From positions 15,162-79,161 of IMG/VR virus record IMGVR_UViG_2866360957_000001: DNA of 64,000 nt; one strand, 5' to 3'. Both the position numbers and the translations under genes were made by a program. Below, piece after piece: positions 9,496 to 18,640 of the stretch. Source of the stretch: a virus (taxonomy: Duplodnaviria; Caudoviricetes). The notes beneath the pieces are model-generated. The model was not told where the DNA came from and did not search any database. It saw only the letters and a program-made list of their open reading frames with translations. Within the stretch, counting starts at the first letter, position 1; each line of letters starts with the position of its first letter.

Positions 9496-9970
9496 GCTCT
9501 CACAGTTCGTCTCCGCCCGCCTGGACGAGGACGCCCAGGCGGCCGAGACGCTGTTGGGAGCGGACGCGCGCATCGGCCTCAAGCGGGGCGTGCCCGCGCC
9601 CCGCTGGGAGTACCAGACGGGCGGCATGATCCGGGGCACCGATGGCACTCTGCACGTCCGGTTCACGTGGGTGCGGGAGGCCGAGCACATCGTCCGGCAC
9701 GACCCGGCCCGGGTGCTCCGTGATGTCGAGGCCAAGCGGCGGATCCTCGATGAGCACGCCATCGTGTATCGGGATGTCGTCTGGCTGGAAGATGACGGCG
9801 AGGGGTTCGAGGAGCGGTCTGCCGAGCTTCCTGTCTGCGGCCGATGCGTTTCAAAGAACGCAGCGTTCCACAGCCGTGGCGACGTTCCCGAGGGGCCGTG
9901 CGTTACTGTGCACCTGCTCGCACTTCCGCACGACGGCCATCCCGATTACCAGGAGGAGTGGCGGCCATGA
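9488..9970 (+). CDS. DUF6221-like actinophage protein
   Basis: FVSARLDED...HIVRHDPARVLRDVEAKRRIL...LLALP...HPDYQEEWRP signature. Confidence 0.8.
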   Translation: MDELSQFVSARLDEDAQAAETLLGADARIGLKRGVPAPRWEYQTGGMIRGTDGTLHVRFTWVREAEHIVRHDPARVLRDVEAKRRILDEHAIVYRDVVWLEDDGEGFEERSAELPVCGRCVSKNAAFHSRGDVPEGPCVTVHLLALPHDGHPDYQEEWRP

Positions 9971-10115
9971 CGGGGCTACACGGGGGCGGAAACTGGGAGG
10001 GCGGGTATATCGACGCGTGGGGGCGTCGATGGGTCCATATTCCGTATCAGGGCTGGCGTCGCGACGATCGATGGGTGTACCTCCAGTCGCGAGCCTCCAG
10101 GGGGCGGCGTCGTAC

Positions 10116-10385
10116 GTGACTCACACGCCTACCGCCGCCTGTCGAGAGGTGCACTGCTACTCGCATGGCGTGGACGAGCCCGGCCCGCACTACCTGATCT
10201 GCTTGGAGTGCGGGCACGGGTTTCCGACCGCTGACGCGCTTCTTGCCGATCGCGCGGCGCTGGTGGAACGGCTGAACGCCAGCCTGCCACCACCGCCATG
10301 GGATCCGGCCTTCGAGGGGCCCATCGAGCCCGACGGCGACCCCGAGAAGATCACCTATTGCCCGCATTGCACGCACGATTTCTAG
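10116..10385 (+). CDS. Small Cys/His zinc-finger-like protein
   Basis: CYSH, CLECGH and CPHCTHDF motifs. Confidence 0.55.
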   Translation: MTHTPTAACREVHCYSHGVDEPGPHYLICLECGHGFPTADALLADRAALVERLNASLPPPPWDPAFEGPIEPDGDPEKITYCPHCTHDF

Positions 10386-10558
10386 ACGGACGACCGAAAA
10401 TCCGGTTACGACTTGGACGAGTATCGCGGCAGAGACTTGACGAGCACATAGAGGTGCAGGAACGTGCCAATGCAACAAAAGGCACATCCGCGTATTGGAG
10501 GGCCTCGATGGGCGATTCACCGTCGATGCCGACACCGACATGGCGCAGGGCGATCAAG

Positions 10559-10807
10559 GTGCGTCCGCTGCCCGACTACCTTCGTGAGCGCTGGGACGAA
10601 GAAGAGGCCGAACTCGACCGACTCCTCGGCATGAGACGTCCGCAGCGCTACATCCGCATCCACGGCGAACGCATGAGGGCCGACATCTTCGCCAAACGGA
10701 AGATCCTCGCCGAGTGCGAGAACATGGACAGCAACCTCGCCCGCCTCGTGCTCACGCTCTTAGCCGAGCCGTACGCCGACCGGCTTGACGGACCGGCGCG
10801 CTCATGA
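10559..10807 (+). CDS. Second, short DUF6221-like protein
   Basis: YLRERWDEEE...RMRADIFAKRKIL...LLAEPYADR. Confidence 0.55.
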   Translation: MRPLPDYLRERWDEEEAELDRLLGMRRPQRYIRIHGERMRADIFAKRKILAECENMDSNLARLVLTLLAEPYADRLDGPARS

Positions 10808-11112
10808 GCGAGCGGGACCGGCTGGCCGTGGTCAAGGCCAGCCTCAAGGAGCAGCGCGACCTCGTGGTCTGCCTGGAACCGCGCGCGGACCATGACGCGT
10901 GGTGGCGACAGCATCTGCGCGGACTTCGCGGCGCGATCGAAGCCAGCGAGGCGCACCTCGCGGTGTATGAGCGGCTCGCCTCGGAGGGCGAGCGGGCGTC
11001 CGCGGCGGCGGCCTTGAGCCTGCTCGAACTGGAGCAGGCCGCGATGAAGGAATGGCACGATATCGTCGTCAGCCGTCCCGGGTGGGCGGCTGGCCCGCCA
11101 GTCGGCCGATGA
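10804..11112 (+). CDS. Hypothetical protein
   Basis: ATGA-coupled ORF. Confidence 0.5.
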   Translation: MSERDRLAVVKASLKEQRDLVVCLEPRADHDAWWRQHLRGLRGAIEASEAHLAVYERLASEGERASAAAALSLLELEQAAMKEWHDIVVSRPGWAAGPPVGR

Positions 11113-11189
11113 CCGGCCCGCTTCCTCAAGGTGGCCACCGATGACTAAGCGGGTTCTACAGTGAAACCAGTTGTAGCTGCGAGGAGATC

Positions 11190-11405
11190 ATGACCGAGGT
11201 CCGCGTCAACATCACCGTGGGGGACACCGCGGAAGTGACGACCCCCAGGCATCCGTACACCGCACCACTGCGCATCCCTGCCGCCCGGATCGCACAGCAG
11301 GCCGGCCTGCCCGCATCCGAGTTGCCAGGCCGCCGCTTCACCGTGGCGGCCCTGACCGATCAGGACGCGGACGGCTTCACGCTCCTGGACGACCCCCGCG
11401 TCTGA
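11190..11405 (+). CDS. Small hypothetical protein (paralogue of 13619-13870)
   Basis: RBS GAGGAG; AEVTTPRHP...PLRIPA...LPGRRF shared with 13619-13870. Confidence 0.7.
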   Translation: MTEVRVNITVGDTAEVTTPRHPYTAPLRIPAARIAQQAGLPASELPGRRFTVAALTDQDADGFTLLDDPRV

Positions 11406-11842
11406 GAGGTCCCGCGCGGTCGGCCGCCGCCGACGCCCCGCCCCGGCCGTGCGGCGATGACGCGGTCCAGAGTGGACCGCTTGATGTGGGCCACACCGTA
11501 CACGTCCACCCAGCCAGGCAATCGGCCCACTGCGCGGTCGTGCCGTACGGCCGCGTAGGTGACCCCCAGGGCGTCGGCGGCGTCCTGTTCATCGAGCAGG
11601 TCGCCGGGGTGCTCGCGTGTGCCCTGGGGCCAGACCGGCAGCTCGCGGCCGTCGCGTACGGCCTCGACTTGAGCGCGGTCGTAGAGCAGCGTCCGGCGGC
11701 CCTCGTTCAGTGGGCGCAGGCCGAACGCCTTGGCGCCGCCCTTGTTGCTCCAGGTCTTGTGGCTGATGCCCAGGATCTCGGCGGCGCCCCGCCCGTCCAC
11801 CACGTCTCTTCCGTTCGGGATCACCTCTAAACGATACCGCAC
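11360..11842 (-). CDS. Tandem HTH (excisionase/MerR-like) DNA-binding protein
   Basis: Two HTH-like units (GAAEILGISHKTW; LLDEQDAADALGVTYAAV) and a C-terminal RPGRG tail. Confidence 0.7.
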   Translation of the reverse strand: MRYRLEVIPNGRDVVDGRGAAEILGISHKTWSNKGGAKAFGLRPLNEGRRTLLYDRAQVEAVRDGRELPVWPQGTREHPGDLLDEQDAADALGVTYAAVRHDRAVGRLPGWVDVYGVAHIKRSTLDRVIAARPGRGVGGGRPRGTSQTRGSSRSVKPSAS

Positions 11843-11973
11843 TCATGCCCCTTTTGGGAAGCCGAGAGAGTCGCCGGATCTGGTCACACGGATGCGTACC
11901 GAATCCAAAACTTATAAGCAGTTAGTGCCCGAAACTGCTTCCATTCGGGGTGTGAATGCGGTATAGTTTTTCT

Positions 11974-12019
11974 TGTCGGAAGGGGGTCGGAACCCCACCC
12001 GACAGCAGGTTGAAAACTC
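11974..12019 (+). promoter_or_regulatory. Conserved 46-nt leader (hairpin plus boxA-like TTGAAAACTC), copy 1
   Basis: tgtcggaagggggtcggaacccc...gcaggttgaaaactc; -10-like TATAGT at 11962-11967; inverted near-identical copy at 13485-13530. Confidence 0.75.
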
Positions 12020-12032
12020 AAGAGAGGAGATC

Positions 12033-12395
12033 GTGGTGGAAGACCACGACCCGCTGGCCTGGCTGGGTGCTCTGCTCATGAGCGCCTACGCGACACTCGG
12101 CAAGTTCATGTGGAGCCTGCCGGTGCCCACCGGGCTCCCGGTCCCCGAAGGGCCGGACGGCCCCGACGCCGTAGAGGCGATCACCAGGGCGCGAGCTGCC
12201 TTGCGTGACCAGCCCATGGACGACATCACCAGGTCCATGATCGACCGGATGTGCCTCGAATGGCTCACCGTCCTGGACCTGGGCGCTGTGGTCCGCATGG
12301 CGGGTCCTGATCCGTGGCGGCTGGAGGCGATGTCCTACGGGATCGACCGCTTCTTTGCCTTGGCGGAAGTCGTAGGCCCCCGGCTCGAAGAGTGA
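12033..12395 (+). CDS. Hypothetical helical protein (paralogue of 13089-13466)
   Basis: RBS GAGGAG; LPVP..R.R...P.D...WR pattern shared with 13089-13466. Confidence 0.65.
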   Translation: MVEDHDPLAWLGALLMSAYATLGKFMWSLPVPTGLPVPEGPDGPDAVEAITRARAALRDQPMDDITRSMIDRMCLEWLTVLDLGAVVRMAGPDPWRLEAMSYGIDRFFALAEVVGPRLEE

Positions 12396-12404
12396 GCCGT
12401 CGCT

Positions 12405-12427
12405 GCCCCGGGCTGACTGCCCGGGGC
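12405..12427. terminator. GC hairpin after 12033-12395
   Basis: gccccggg-ctgactg-cccggggc; near-identical hairpin at 13052-13080. Confidence 0.6.
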
Positions 12428-12575
12428 GGCACTCCTGGTCTCCGCCCTTGGGTGCGCGGGCATGAAGAGGGCCGGCGCGACGGCACCCCGAGAGGTGCTG
12501 TATCGGAAGTCGCGCCGGCCCGCAGGTCGAAACTCCGAGGAGTTCAACGTCATCGTATCGCTCGCCCGCGCGGTG

Positions 12576-13001
12576 TTACCCCGATCGGTGATACCCGCGC
12601 CGCTTGCCGAGGGCCGAATTTACTGTGCTGCGCCTCCATCGCTTGACGCCGTGCTCGATCTCGTCGGGCGCTGGCCATCGCCCGCGCGAGATGTCGGCGT
12701 CGATGGTGCCTCGGGCCAGACCGGTGTGGTCGGCGATCTGGGCGATGGTGAGCAGATCGTCCGGGCGGCCCTCGGCCACTGGAGCGGCCCGCAGGAACAC
12801 ACGGCGCACCAGCTTGTCCACGGCGTCCGCGTCGTACTCGGCCCACCGGCCGCGTCGCCCGCGCGGCTTGGGCCAGTCCGGGTGACGCGTCCACGTCTTC
12901 TGGACGGTCGTCAGCGCACGGTCGTACTTCTCGGCGATCTCCGGGGCGATGATGCCCGGCGCGGGTACCACGTGCGGACTCCTCTCGCGAGTGATCAACA
13001 T
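12576..13001 (-). CDS. Tandem HTH (AlpA/excisionase-like) protein
   Basis: EIAEKYDRALTTVQKTW..HPDWP; LLTIAQIADHTGLARGTI...GRWPAPD. Confidence 0.7.
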   Translation of the reverse strand: MLITRERSPHVVPAPGIIAPEIAEKYDRALTTVQKTWTRHPDWPKPRGRRGRWAEYDADAVDKLVRRVFLRAAPVAEGRPDDLLTIAQIADHTGLARGTIDADISRGRWPAPDEIEHGVKRWRRSTVNSALGKRRGYHRSG

Positions 13002-13088
13002 GGCGGACCCGTCCGGTTCTGGGTGGCCCGCCTTCCTTCTGACTCCACCGCCCGGCCCCGGGCTGGCTGCCCGGGGCCGGTGAGAGGG

Positions 13089-13466
13089 TTACGCCTCCTC
13101 TTCGCCCGTCAGGACGAGGTGTGCCAGGCTGATGTGGATGATCGCCATGTCGCAGGCGAAGATGACAGCGTCATACCGCCAGTCGCGCATCTGATCGAGC
13201 CTGGCGAGGGACATGACGTCGAACGCCATCATGATGTGCAGCACCGCCAAGTCGAGTTCCCCGAGGGCCGCGTGGTCGGCGGGCTCGGACTCGATCAGGG
13301 TCCGCGTCCTCTCCATCCCGTCCATGAACTCCTCGATCGTGGAGCCGACCGCGAGGTGGGGGAGCTGGATGGGGAGGGGCAGGAACGTGAGTGCCTGCGT
13401 GAGGTGGTTGAGCGCGTGGGAGATGGCGGCTGCCATCTCGCCGTGGCGCTCGGGGTTGTCAGCCAT
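13089..13466 (-). CDS. Hypothetical helical protein (paralogue of 12033-12395)
   Basis: Preceded by the second copy of the conserved leader and followed by the matching hairpin. Confidence 0.65.
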   Translation of the reverse strand: MADNPERHGEMAAAISHALNHLTQALTFLPLPIQLPHLAVGSTIEEFMDGMERTRTLIESEPADHAALGELDLAVLHIMMAFDVMSLARLDQMRDWRYDAVIFACDMAIIHISLAHLVLTGEEEA

Positions 13467-13484
13467 TGCTGACCCCTCTCTGTG

Positions 13485-13530
13485 GAGTTTTCAACCTGCC
13501 GCCGGTCGGGGTTCCGACCCCCTTCCGACA
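13485..13530 (-). promoter_or_regulatory. Conserved leader copy 2, with upstream sigma70-like promoter
   Basis: Reverse complement tgtcggaagggggtcggaaccccgaccggcggcaggttgaaaactc; TTGCAA(13561-66)-N18-TAATGT(13537-42) on the minus strand. Confidence 0.75.
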
Positions 13531-13618
13531 CCCCTTACATTACATGGTTGGAGTAGTGATTTGCAAGCTTTCGGGCATGCTGAATCCACCGAAACGGCCC
13601 GGCCTCACAACCGCGGGA

Positions 13619-13870
13619 CTAGCTCTGGACCGCGGTGATCCGCTCCCCGTCCACCGCGGCCCGGAATCGCCGCCCGGGAAGGGAGGCGACCACCAGGCCG
13701 AGCATGGCCGCCAACTCCACCGCGGGCACCCTGAGCGGATCGGCCACAGGATGGAAGGGTGTCGCCACCTCTGCGTGCGGCCCGAAGAGCAGCGACACCC
13801 GGGCATCCACCCAGCGCGGCGGCGCGAGCCCCTCGCGCGCCGCGTCCGGCCCCGCCTCCCAGTCGTTCAC
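13619..13870 (-). CDS. Hypothetical protein (paralogue of 11190-11405)
   Basis: AEVATPFHP..PLRVPA...LPGRRF. Confidence 0.65.
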   Translation of the reverse strand: MNDWEAGPDAAREGLAPPRWVDARVSLLFGPHAEVATPFHPVADPLRVPAVELAAMLGLVVASLPGRRFRAAVDGERITAVQS

Positions 13871-14388
13871 TCTGACACCGCCTTCACCGCTTTCGGCCGA
13901 CCACCCTTGCGCTCCCAGGTCGCCGCCCAGCGCCGCACGGCGGCCCCCGGCCAGATCGCCCCGGCCGCCAGCGTCTGAAGGGGCTGCGGGAAGTCGTCAC
14001 GCCGACTGAGCTGATCGGCGCGCTGGCGGGTCACGTCGAGCAGCTCGGCGATCTCGCGCACGCCCATAAGCTCCGGGGGCGTCTGCCGGAGTTCTTCATC
14101 GAGCTCGTCCTCCGGGAGAGCCTCGACCCGCACCGCGCGGGCCGACACGCCGAACTCGCGCAGCGCGGCCGTCACCTCCCGCACGGCCGCGTCGATCGCC
14201 TGCCGGACGGTGGATCCGTCGATGCTGAGCTGGATGCTCACCCGGTCGGCAACCTGCCTGCCCGCCGCATAGGCCGCGCCGGCGGCGGGGTGGCGCGCCG
14301 CGAGGCGCTCGCGCAGGTGCGCGTCAAGCGCCTCGCTGTAGTCGGCGCCGGTGTCGGCGTCGATCCGCACACTCCACACGGGCCTCAT
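13867..14388 (-). CDS. Putative HicB-like antitoxin with C-terminal HTH
   Basis: Coupled to the HicA-like gene; ELMGVREIAELLDVTRQRADQL..RDDFPQP HTH. Confidence 0.65.
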   Translation of the reverse strand: MRPVWSVRIDADTGADYSEALDAHLRERLAARHPAAGAAYAAGRQVADRVSIQLSIDGSTVRQAIDAAVREVTAALREFGVSARAVRVEALPEDELDEELRQTPPELMGVREIAELLDVTRQRADQLSRRDDFPQPLQTLAAGAIWPGAAVRRWAATWERKGGRPKAVKAVSE

Positions 14389-14594
14389 CCCCTCGCTGGC
14401 GGCCAGATGAACCCGGCTCGCCGTAGTACGGCTATGGCGTTTCGGAGACCGCGATCATCACCCGGCGTGGCCGCCAGGGTTCCGATTAGGCGGCTGTCCT
14501 TGTAGACCTTCCAGTGGCCCGAGCGGCCCATTGTCACCTCGAAACCTTGCCGCCGTAGCGCCTTGATGATCTCTGCGATCTCCTTGCGGCTCAT
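14385..14594 (-). CDS. HicA-like toxin (mRNA interferase fold)
   Basis: KEIAEIIKALRRQGFEVTMGRSGHWKVY...TPGDDRGLRNAIAVLRRAG; conserved GH. Confidence 0.75.
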   Translation of the reverse strand: MSRKEIAEIIKALRRQGFEVTMGRSGHWKVYKDSRLIGTLAATPGDDRGLRNAIAVLRRAGFIWPPARG

Positions 14595-14699
14595 GATGCC
14601 CTTTCCCTTGCTCACTGTCAATGCAATCACAGTACCGAAACTATTGACAAAGCGCAAGAGTAAGCGCATCATGGAATCAGGAAGGCAGGAGGTCGGGGC
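14595..14699. promoter_or_regulatory. Divergent promoter region
   Basis: TTGACA on both strands (minus 14616-21, plus 14644-49), each followed 17 nt later by CATCAT. Confidence 0.6.
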
Positions 14700-15242
14700 A
14701 TGTACGAAGTCGGCGCAGAGGTCACCTACCAGGGCTCTATCGAGCATCTTCACGGCCAGATCTTTACCGTCGTGGCGCACTGCTGCGGGGGAGAGCGCTA
14801 CCGGCTCCAGGGCCGCAGCGAGGCTCTGCGCCACGCCCGCCCCGCCAGCGTCGCCCGCTACGCGGAGCCCATCGAGGCCCTTGCCGTCCTGGAGCGGGCC
14901 ATCGCCGCAGAGCGCCCGGTGGTGATCACCTACATCGCGGCGGACGGCGAGTGGACGACCCGCACGATCGAGCCGTACGAGCTGGACGTCACCGCGCGCG
15001 GGCACCTGATCGTGCGCGCGATGGACCGGCTCAGGCGCGCGGAGCGCACCTTCCGCCTCGACCGGATCGACAGCCTTACGCAGTACCCCGGCGTGTTCCT
15101 GCTGACCGCCGCCCGCATGGAGCGTGACGCGCTGGCCCGTATCCGCGCCGAGATCGCCGAAGTCGCGTCGGCGGGCTTCGGCGGCTACGACGGCTACGGC
15201 GCGATGCGCTGGACCCCCGAGTGTCCTGTTCCCGCTCTTTGA
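14700..15242 (+). CDS. WYL-domain protein (no obvious N-terminal HTH)
   Basis: AIAAERPVVITYIAADGEWTTRTIEPYEL...AMDRLRRAERTFRLDRI. Confidence 0.85.
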   Translation: MYEVGAEVTYQGSIEHLHGQIFTVVAHCCGGERYRLQGRSEALRHARPASVARYAEPIEALAVLERAIAAERPVVITYIAADGEWTTRTIEPYELDVTARGHLIVRAMDRLRRAERTFRLDRIDSLTQYPGVFLLTAARMERDALARIRAEIAEVASAGFGGYDGYGAMRWTPECPVPAL

Positions 15243-15297
15243 TCCCCACGCCGGGCGGCATCCGGCCGCCCGGCTCAACCCTCGAAGGGAATCCGCG

Positions 15298-16425
15298 ATG
15301 ACCATCACCGACGTCAACGAACAGCTCTATCAGCAGCGGCGGACCGCGATCGAGTCCGGCCGGTGGACCCGCCGCGATGACGGCTCCTATGTCGCCTGGG
15401 ACCGGGCCGAGGTCCTCGGGCGTGAGGGGCTGGACATGACCACCGGGCAGGCCGCGCTCTACACCTCCACCCCCGCGTGGCACGGTCTCGGCAACGTCAT
15501 CCCCGGCGGCATCTCCGACATCGACGAAGTGCTCCGCCTGGGCGGGATCGACTTCGACGTCGAAAAGCGCGACGTCCGGTACTCGTTCATGGGCGATGCC
15601 GACGCCGTGCCCGCGCTGCGCACCATGCCCGGCCAGTACGTCACCGTCCGCTCCGACACGGGCGCGGCCCTCGGTGTCGTCGGCTCGCGTTACGAGGTCA
15701 TCCAGAACCGCGAGCTGTTCACCTTCCTGGAAGACCTGGTGGATCAGCACGGCGTGATCTGGGAGTCGGCGGGCGCGCTGCGCGACGGACGGCGGGTATT
15801 CGTGTGCATGCGCCTGCCGGAGAACGTGATCATCGACCGGGGCGGCCTGGCCGACGAGATCGTCCTGATCCTCTCGGTGATCAACTCTCATGACGGGCGC
15901 GGCACGGCCGAGGCCGTCCCGTCCGGGTGGCGGATCGTCTGCGCCAACACCGAGCGGTTCGCCCTGCGCGACGCGGTGTCCCGTTGGAGCATCCGCCACA
16001 CCTCCGGCGCGCTGGGGCGGATCGAAGAGGCACGCCGCGCCCTCGGCCTCACCGTTGAGTACGCCCACGCGTTCGAGGAGGAGGAGACCGCACTCGCGCG
16101 CACGGACATCGCCCTGGACGAGTTCCACCGCGTGATCGCCGACCTGTGGCCGGTGGACCGGGACGCGTCCGCGCGCACCACGGGCATGGCCGACCGCCGC
16201 CGCGAGACCCTGACCGCGATGTTCGAGGGCGAGTCGGTCCGCGTCGGCCGTACCGCTTATGCGGGGGAGCGGGCGATCACGGACTACCTCGACCACGTCG
16301 CGCCGCGCCGCCCCGGCAAGACCATGACGGAGGAGATCGCCCGGGCGACCGCGCTCATGGAAGGCGCGGACGACGCCATCAAGACCACGGCCCACAAGAG
16401 GCTCATGACCCTGGTCCGCCGCTGA
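15298..16425 (+). CDS. DUF932 / phage-plasmid-like protein
   Basis: PAWHGLG, LGVVGSRYEVIQN, ESAGALRDGRRVF, NSHDG, RIVCANT and IRHT motifs. Confidence 0.85.
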   Translation: MTITDVNEQLYQQRRTAIESGRWTRRDDGSYVAWDRAEVLGREGLDMTTGQAALYTSTPAWHGLGNVIPGGISDIDEVLRLGGIDFDVEKRDVRYSFMGDADAVPALRTMPGQYVTVRSDTGAALGVVGSRYEVIQNRELFTFLEDLVDQHGVIWESAGALRDGRRVFVCMRLPENVIIDRGGLADEIVLILSVINSHDGRGTAEAVPSGWRIVCANTERFALRDAVSRWSIRHTSGALGRIEEARRALGLTVEYAHAFEEEETALARTDIALDEFHRVIADLWPVDRDASARTTGMADRRRETLTAMFEGESVRVGRTAYAGERAITDYLDHVAPRRPGKTMTEEIARATALMEGADDAIKTTAHKRLMTLVRR

Positions 16426-16433
16426 CCACCCAC

Positions 16434-16468
16434 CCGGGGCGGCCCGATCGGAGGCCGGGCCGCCCCTT
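16434..16468 (+). terminator. Stem-loop after DUF932 gene
   Basis: ggggcggcccg...cgggccgcccc. Confidence 0.55.
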
Positions 16469-16486
16469 CACCCGGAAAGGGAGATC

Positions 16487-17114
16487 ATGATTCACCACTG
16501 CGAACGCGGCAGCGCCACGCTGGCCGCCGTCCAGATGACGCCGGACGGCGGCGCGATCTACCAGTCATGGCAGATCTGCGGCTGCGTCCTGGCCGGGCTC
16601 CTCGAGGCGCTCGGCGCACCCCAGCGCGAGGCCGTGGCCACCGCCGAGCAGGTTGATGCCACCGGCAATGCCGTCATGGCTGCGGGCGGCGGCATCCACC
16701 TGGTGGGGCCGGAATGAGCGGCGAGCCCGAGATCCAGGACGAGCTGGCCCGCCTCGCCGACATCGTGGACGGCCAGGGCGAGGTGACCTGGTGCGGCTGC
16801 GGTGAGCCGATCACCGAGTACTACGGCGAGTGGTTGCACGTCTACAACCCCGCGCTGACCGGCGCGAACGACCACGACGCGGAGCCCTGAGAGGAGGGGA
16901 GATGGTCATCGCCGATGACGTGGCCGCTGACTTCGCTGACGCCTTCGGGATGTACTGCTCGGGGGACGTCGCAACGAAGCTTGCCTGCTCAGAAGTGGAC
17001 GCCCTCGCCGCCATGTTGACCGCGATCGGCCGCGAGGATCTTGCCGCCGTGTGGATCGAGGACCACGCCGAGGACGACGAGGAGGGCGACGCGCACTATC
17101 GCCCGCCCTTGTGA
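16487..17114 (+). CDS. Three small hypothetical genes (16487-16717, 16714-16890, 16902-17114)
   Basis: RBSs GGGAG/GAGGAGG; coupled starts. Confidence 0.55.
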
Positions 17115-17189
17115 TCTGAGACCCCCTGCGGGCCGGATATGCGACCCGGGGCCCAGCCGCCCCATCGACTCGCTTCCGGCCCGCAGGGC

Positions 17190-17762
17190 TCAGGACTCCT
17201 CGGCGGGGTCCAGGGCGTCGGACAAGCGCAGGTAGTCGAGCACCGTCCGCAGCCGCACGCCTGCGGCCTGGGCCTCGCGCACGGCCGCCGCGATCGGGGC
17301 GAGCACCTCTCGGTGCTCGGCGATCGCTGCCTCCAGGCGGTGCAGGTCGGAGGTTACGTGCGGCCGGTTCTCGGCCATGAACCTGATCACGTCCGCGGCC
17401 GGCGTCGGGGCGTCGAGTGGGAACAGGCAGTACTCGCCCGTCGCCCACCGCCACGCGGCGTCCTCTGTAGGGCTGGAGACCTCCGGCGTCAGTTCCACGC
17501 CTGCCGCGGTGCCGGCGGTCCCGGGTAGAAGAAGCCGGTTCGGGGACACGTCGAGCGCGAGGGCCAGGGCGACGAGCTCATCGGAGTCCACCCGGCGCTG
17601 GCCTTGCTCGATCTTGTGGATGCCGGATGCCAGGATGGGGCGCCCAAGCTCGGTCACGCGCGCGGACAGGGCGCGCACGCTGATCCCGCGCGCGTCGCGC
17701 AGAGCCTTGATGTTGGCCGCCACGCGCAGGCCGGTCGGTCCTGGCTCCTGGATTGTCCCCAT
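17190..17762 (-). CDS. XRE-family transcriptional regulator (repressor-like)
   Basis: VAANIKALRDARGISVRALSARV...IHKIEQGQRRVDSDELVALALALDVSPNRLL. Confidence 0.85.
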   Translation of the reverse strand: MGTIQEPGPTGLRVAANIKALRDARGISVRALSARVTELGRPILASGIHKIEQGQRRVDSDELVALALALDVSPNRLLLPGTAGTAAGVELTPEVSSPTEDAAWRWATGEYCLFPLDAPTPAADVIRFMAENRPHVTSDLHRLEAAIAEHREVLAPIAAAVREAQAAGVRLRTVLDYLRLSDALDPAEES

Positions 17763-17879
17763 GGCGGGCACAGTAGTAGCCGGTTGACGAACGTGCAATA
17801 CGGCACCAGACTGTCCCCATCACGGGTACAAACATCAGTGCGAGGGGGACGCGAGCGGTGTCGGAGCACTGGCGGGCCC

Positions 17880-18233
17880 ATGGGCGCCGGTAACGCCAAG
17901 CTGGCCTTCGGGCACTACGCCGGTCGCGTCCCGCCGAACTCCATGCTGGCCCTCGTCTTCATGGCCTTGACCGCGATGGACAAGGACGATCCGCCGCTCT
18001 TCTGGGGCGGCCACCAGTCCATCGCGGTCAACGTCCTCGGGCGGCGCGGCGAATATACCGACGCCGACGCGCGCGCCGTGCGGCGGCTGATCACCCCTCT
18101 GTTCCAGGTGGGGGCGATCGAGGTGTACCAGCACGCGTCGGTGCGGCGTCAAGGGTCCAGCACCGTTTGTTATCGGCTCAATCTGCATCCCGACGTAGGA
18201 CGGTTTCCGTCCTATGAGCAGTCGGTCACATAG
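17880..18233 (+). CDS. Winged-helix protein resembling the N-terminus of a replication initiator
   Basis: LALVFMALTAMD...FWGG..IA...AVRRLITPL...GAI...YRL; ends inside a palindromic repeat cluster. Confidence 0.55.
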   Translation: MGAGNAKLAFGHYAGRVPPNSMLALVFMALTAMDKDDPPLFWGGHQSIAVNVLGRRGEYTDADARAVRRLITPLFQVGAIEVYQHASVRRQGSSTVCYRLNLHPDVGRFPSYEQSVT

Positions 18234-18352
18234 GACGGAAACCGTCCTATGAGGAGCCATTCACGTAGGACGGTTTCCGTCCTTCACGTAGGACGGAATG
18301 TGGTCGTCACGTAGGACGGAAAGTGTCCGTACACAGGACGGAAACCGTCCTA
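18196..18352. repeat. Six copies of the palindrome TAGGACGG(AAA/TTT)CCGTCCTA (iteron/operator-like)
   Basis: Copies start at 18196, 18231, 18266, 18289 (half), 18312 (degenerate) and 18334. Confidence 0.9.
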
Positions 18353-18524
18353 CAGAGGAGTACGGCGGAGGATGAGGACCCTATTGAAGAAGGAAGGGGC
18401 GAACTTGGGAACCGACGTGCAGGTATCGCGCGCGCGAAGCTCTCCCGACGAGGAATCCCATCTACGGACTCTCGGGTGTCCGCAGAACGCCGGGCATCGC
18501 CCAGCCGGGAGTCATCATGAAGTC

Positions 18525-18640
18525 GTGGACGCCTGGACGATCGACGACGCTGTGGCCCTCCTCCATCCCGTCATGACGGCCGCCGAGGTCCGCGCCATGC
18601 TCGACCTGATCGGCATCACCGCCGTCGGCACACGCCGGAC
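18525..18640 (+). pseudogene. Truncated copy of the HTH gene at 20406-20633
   Basis: WTIDDAVALLHPVMTAAEVRAMLDLIGITAVG vs WTVEDAARELHPVMTVQQIRALITLAGLCPIG; same upstream GAGTCATCATG. Confidence 0.7.

Noticed and set aside
18196-18352. Mini-CRISPR of palindromic repeats
   Set aside because: Intervening sequences are only 3-16 bp and repeat centres flip orientation; fits iterons or operators better
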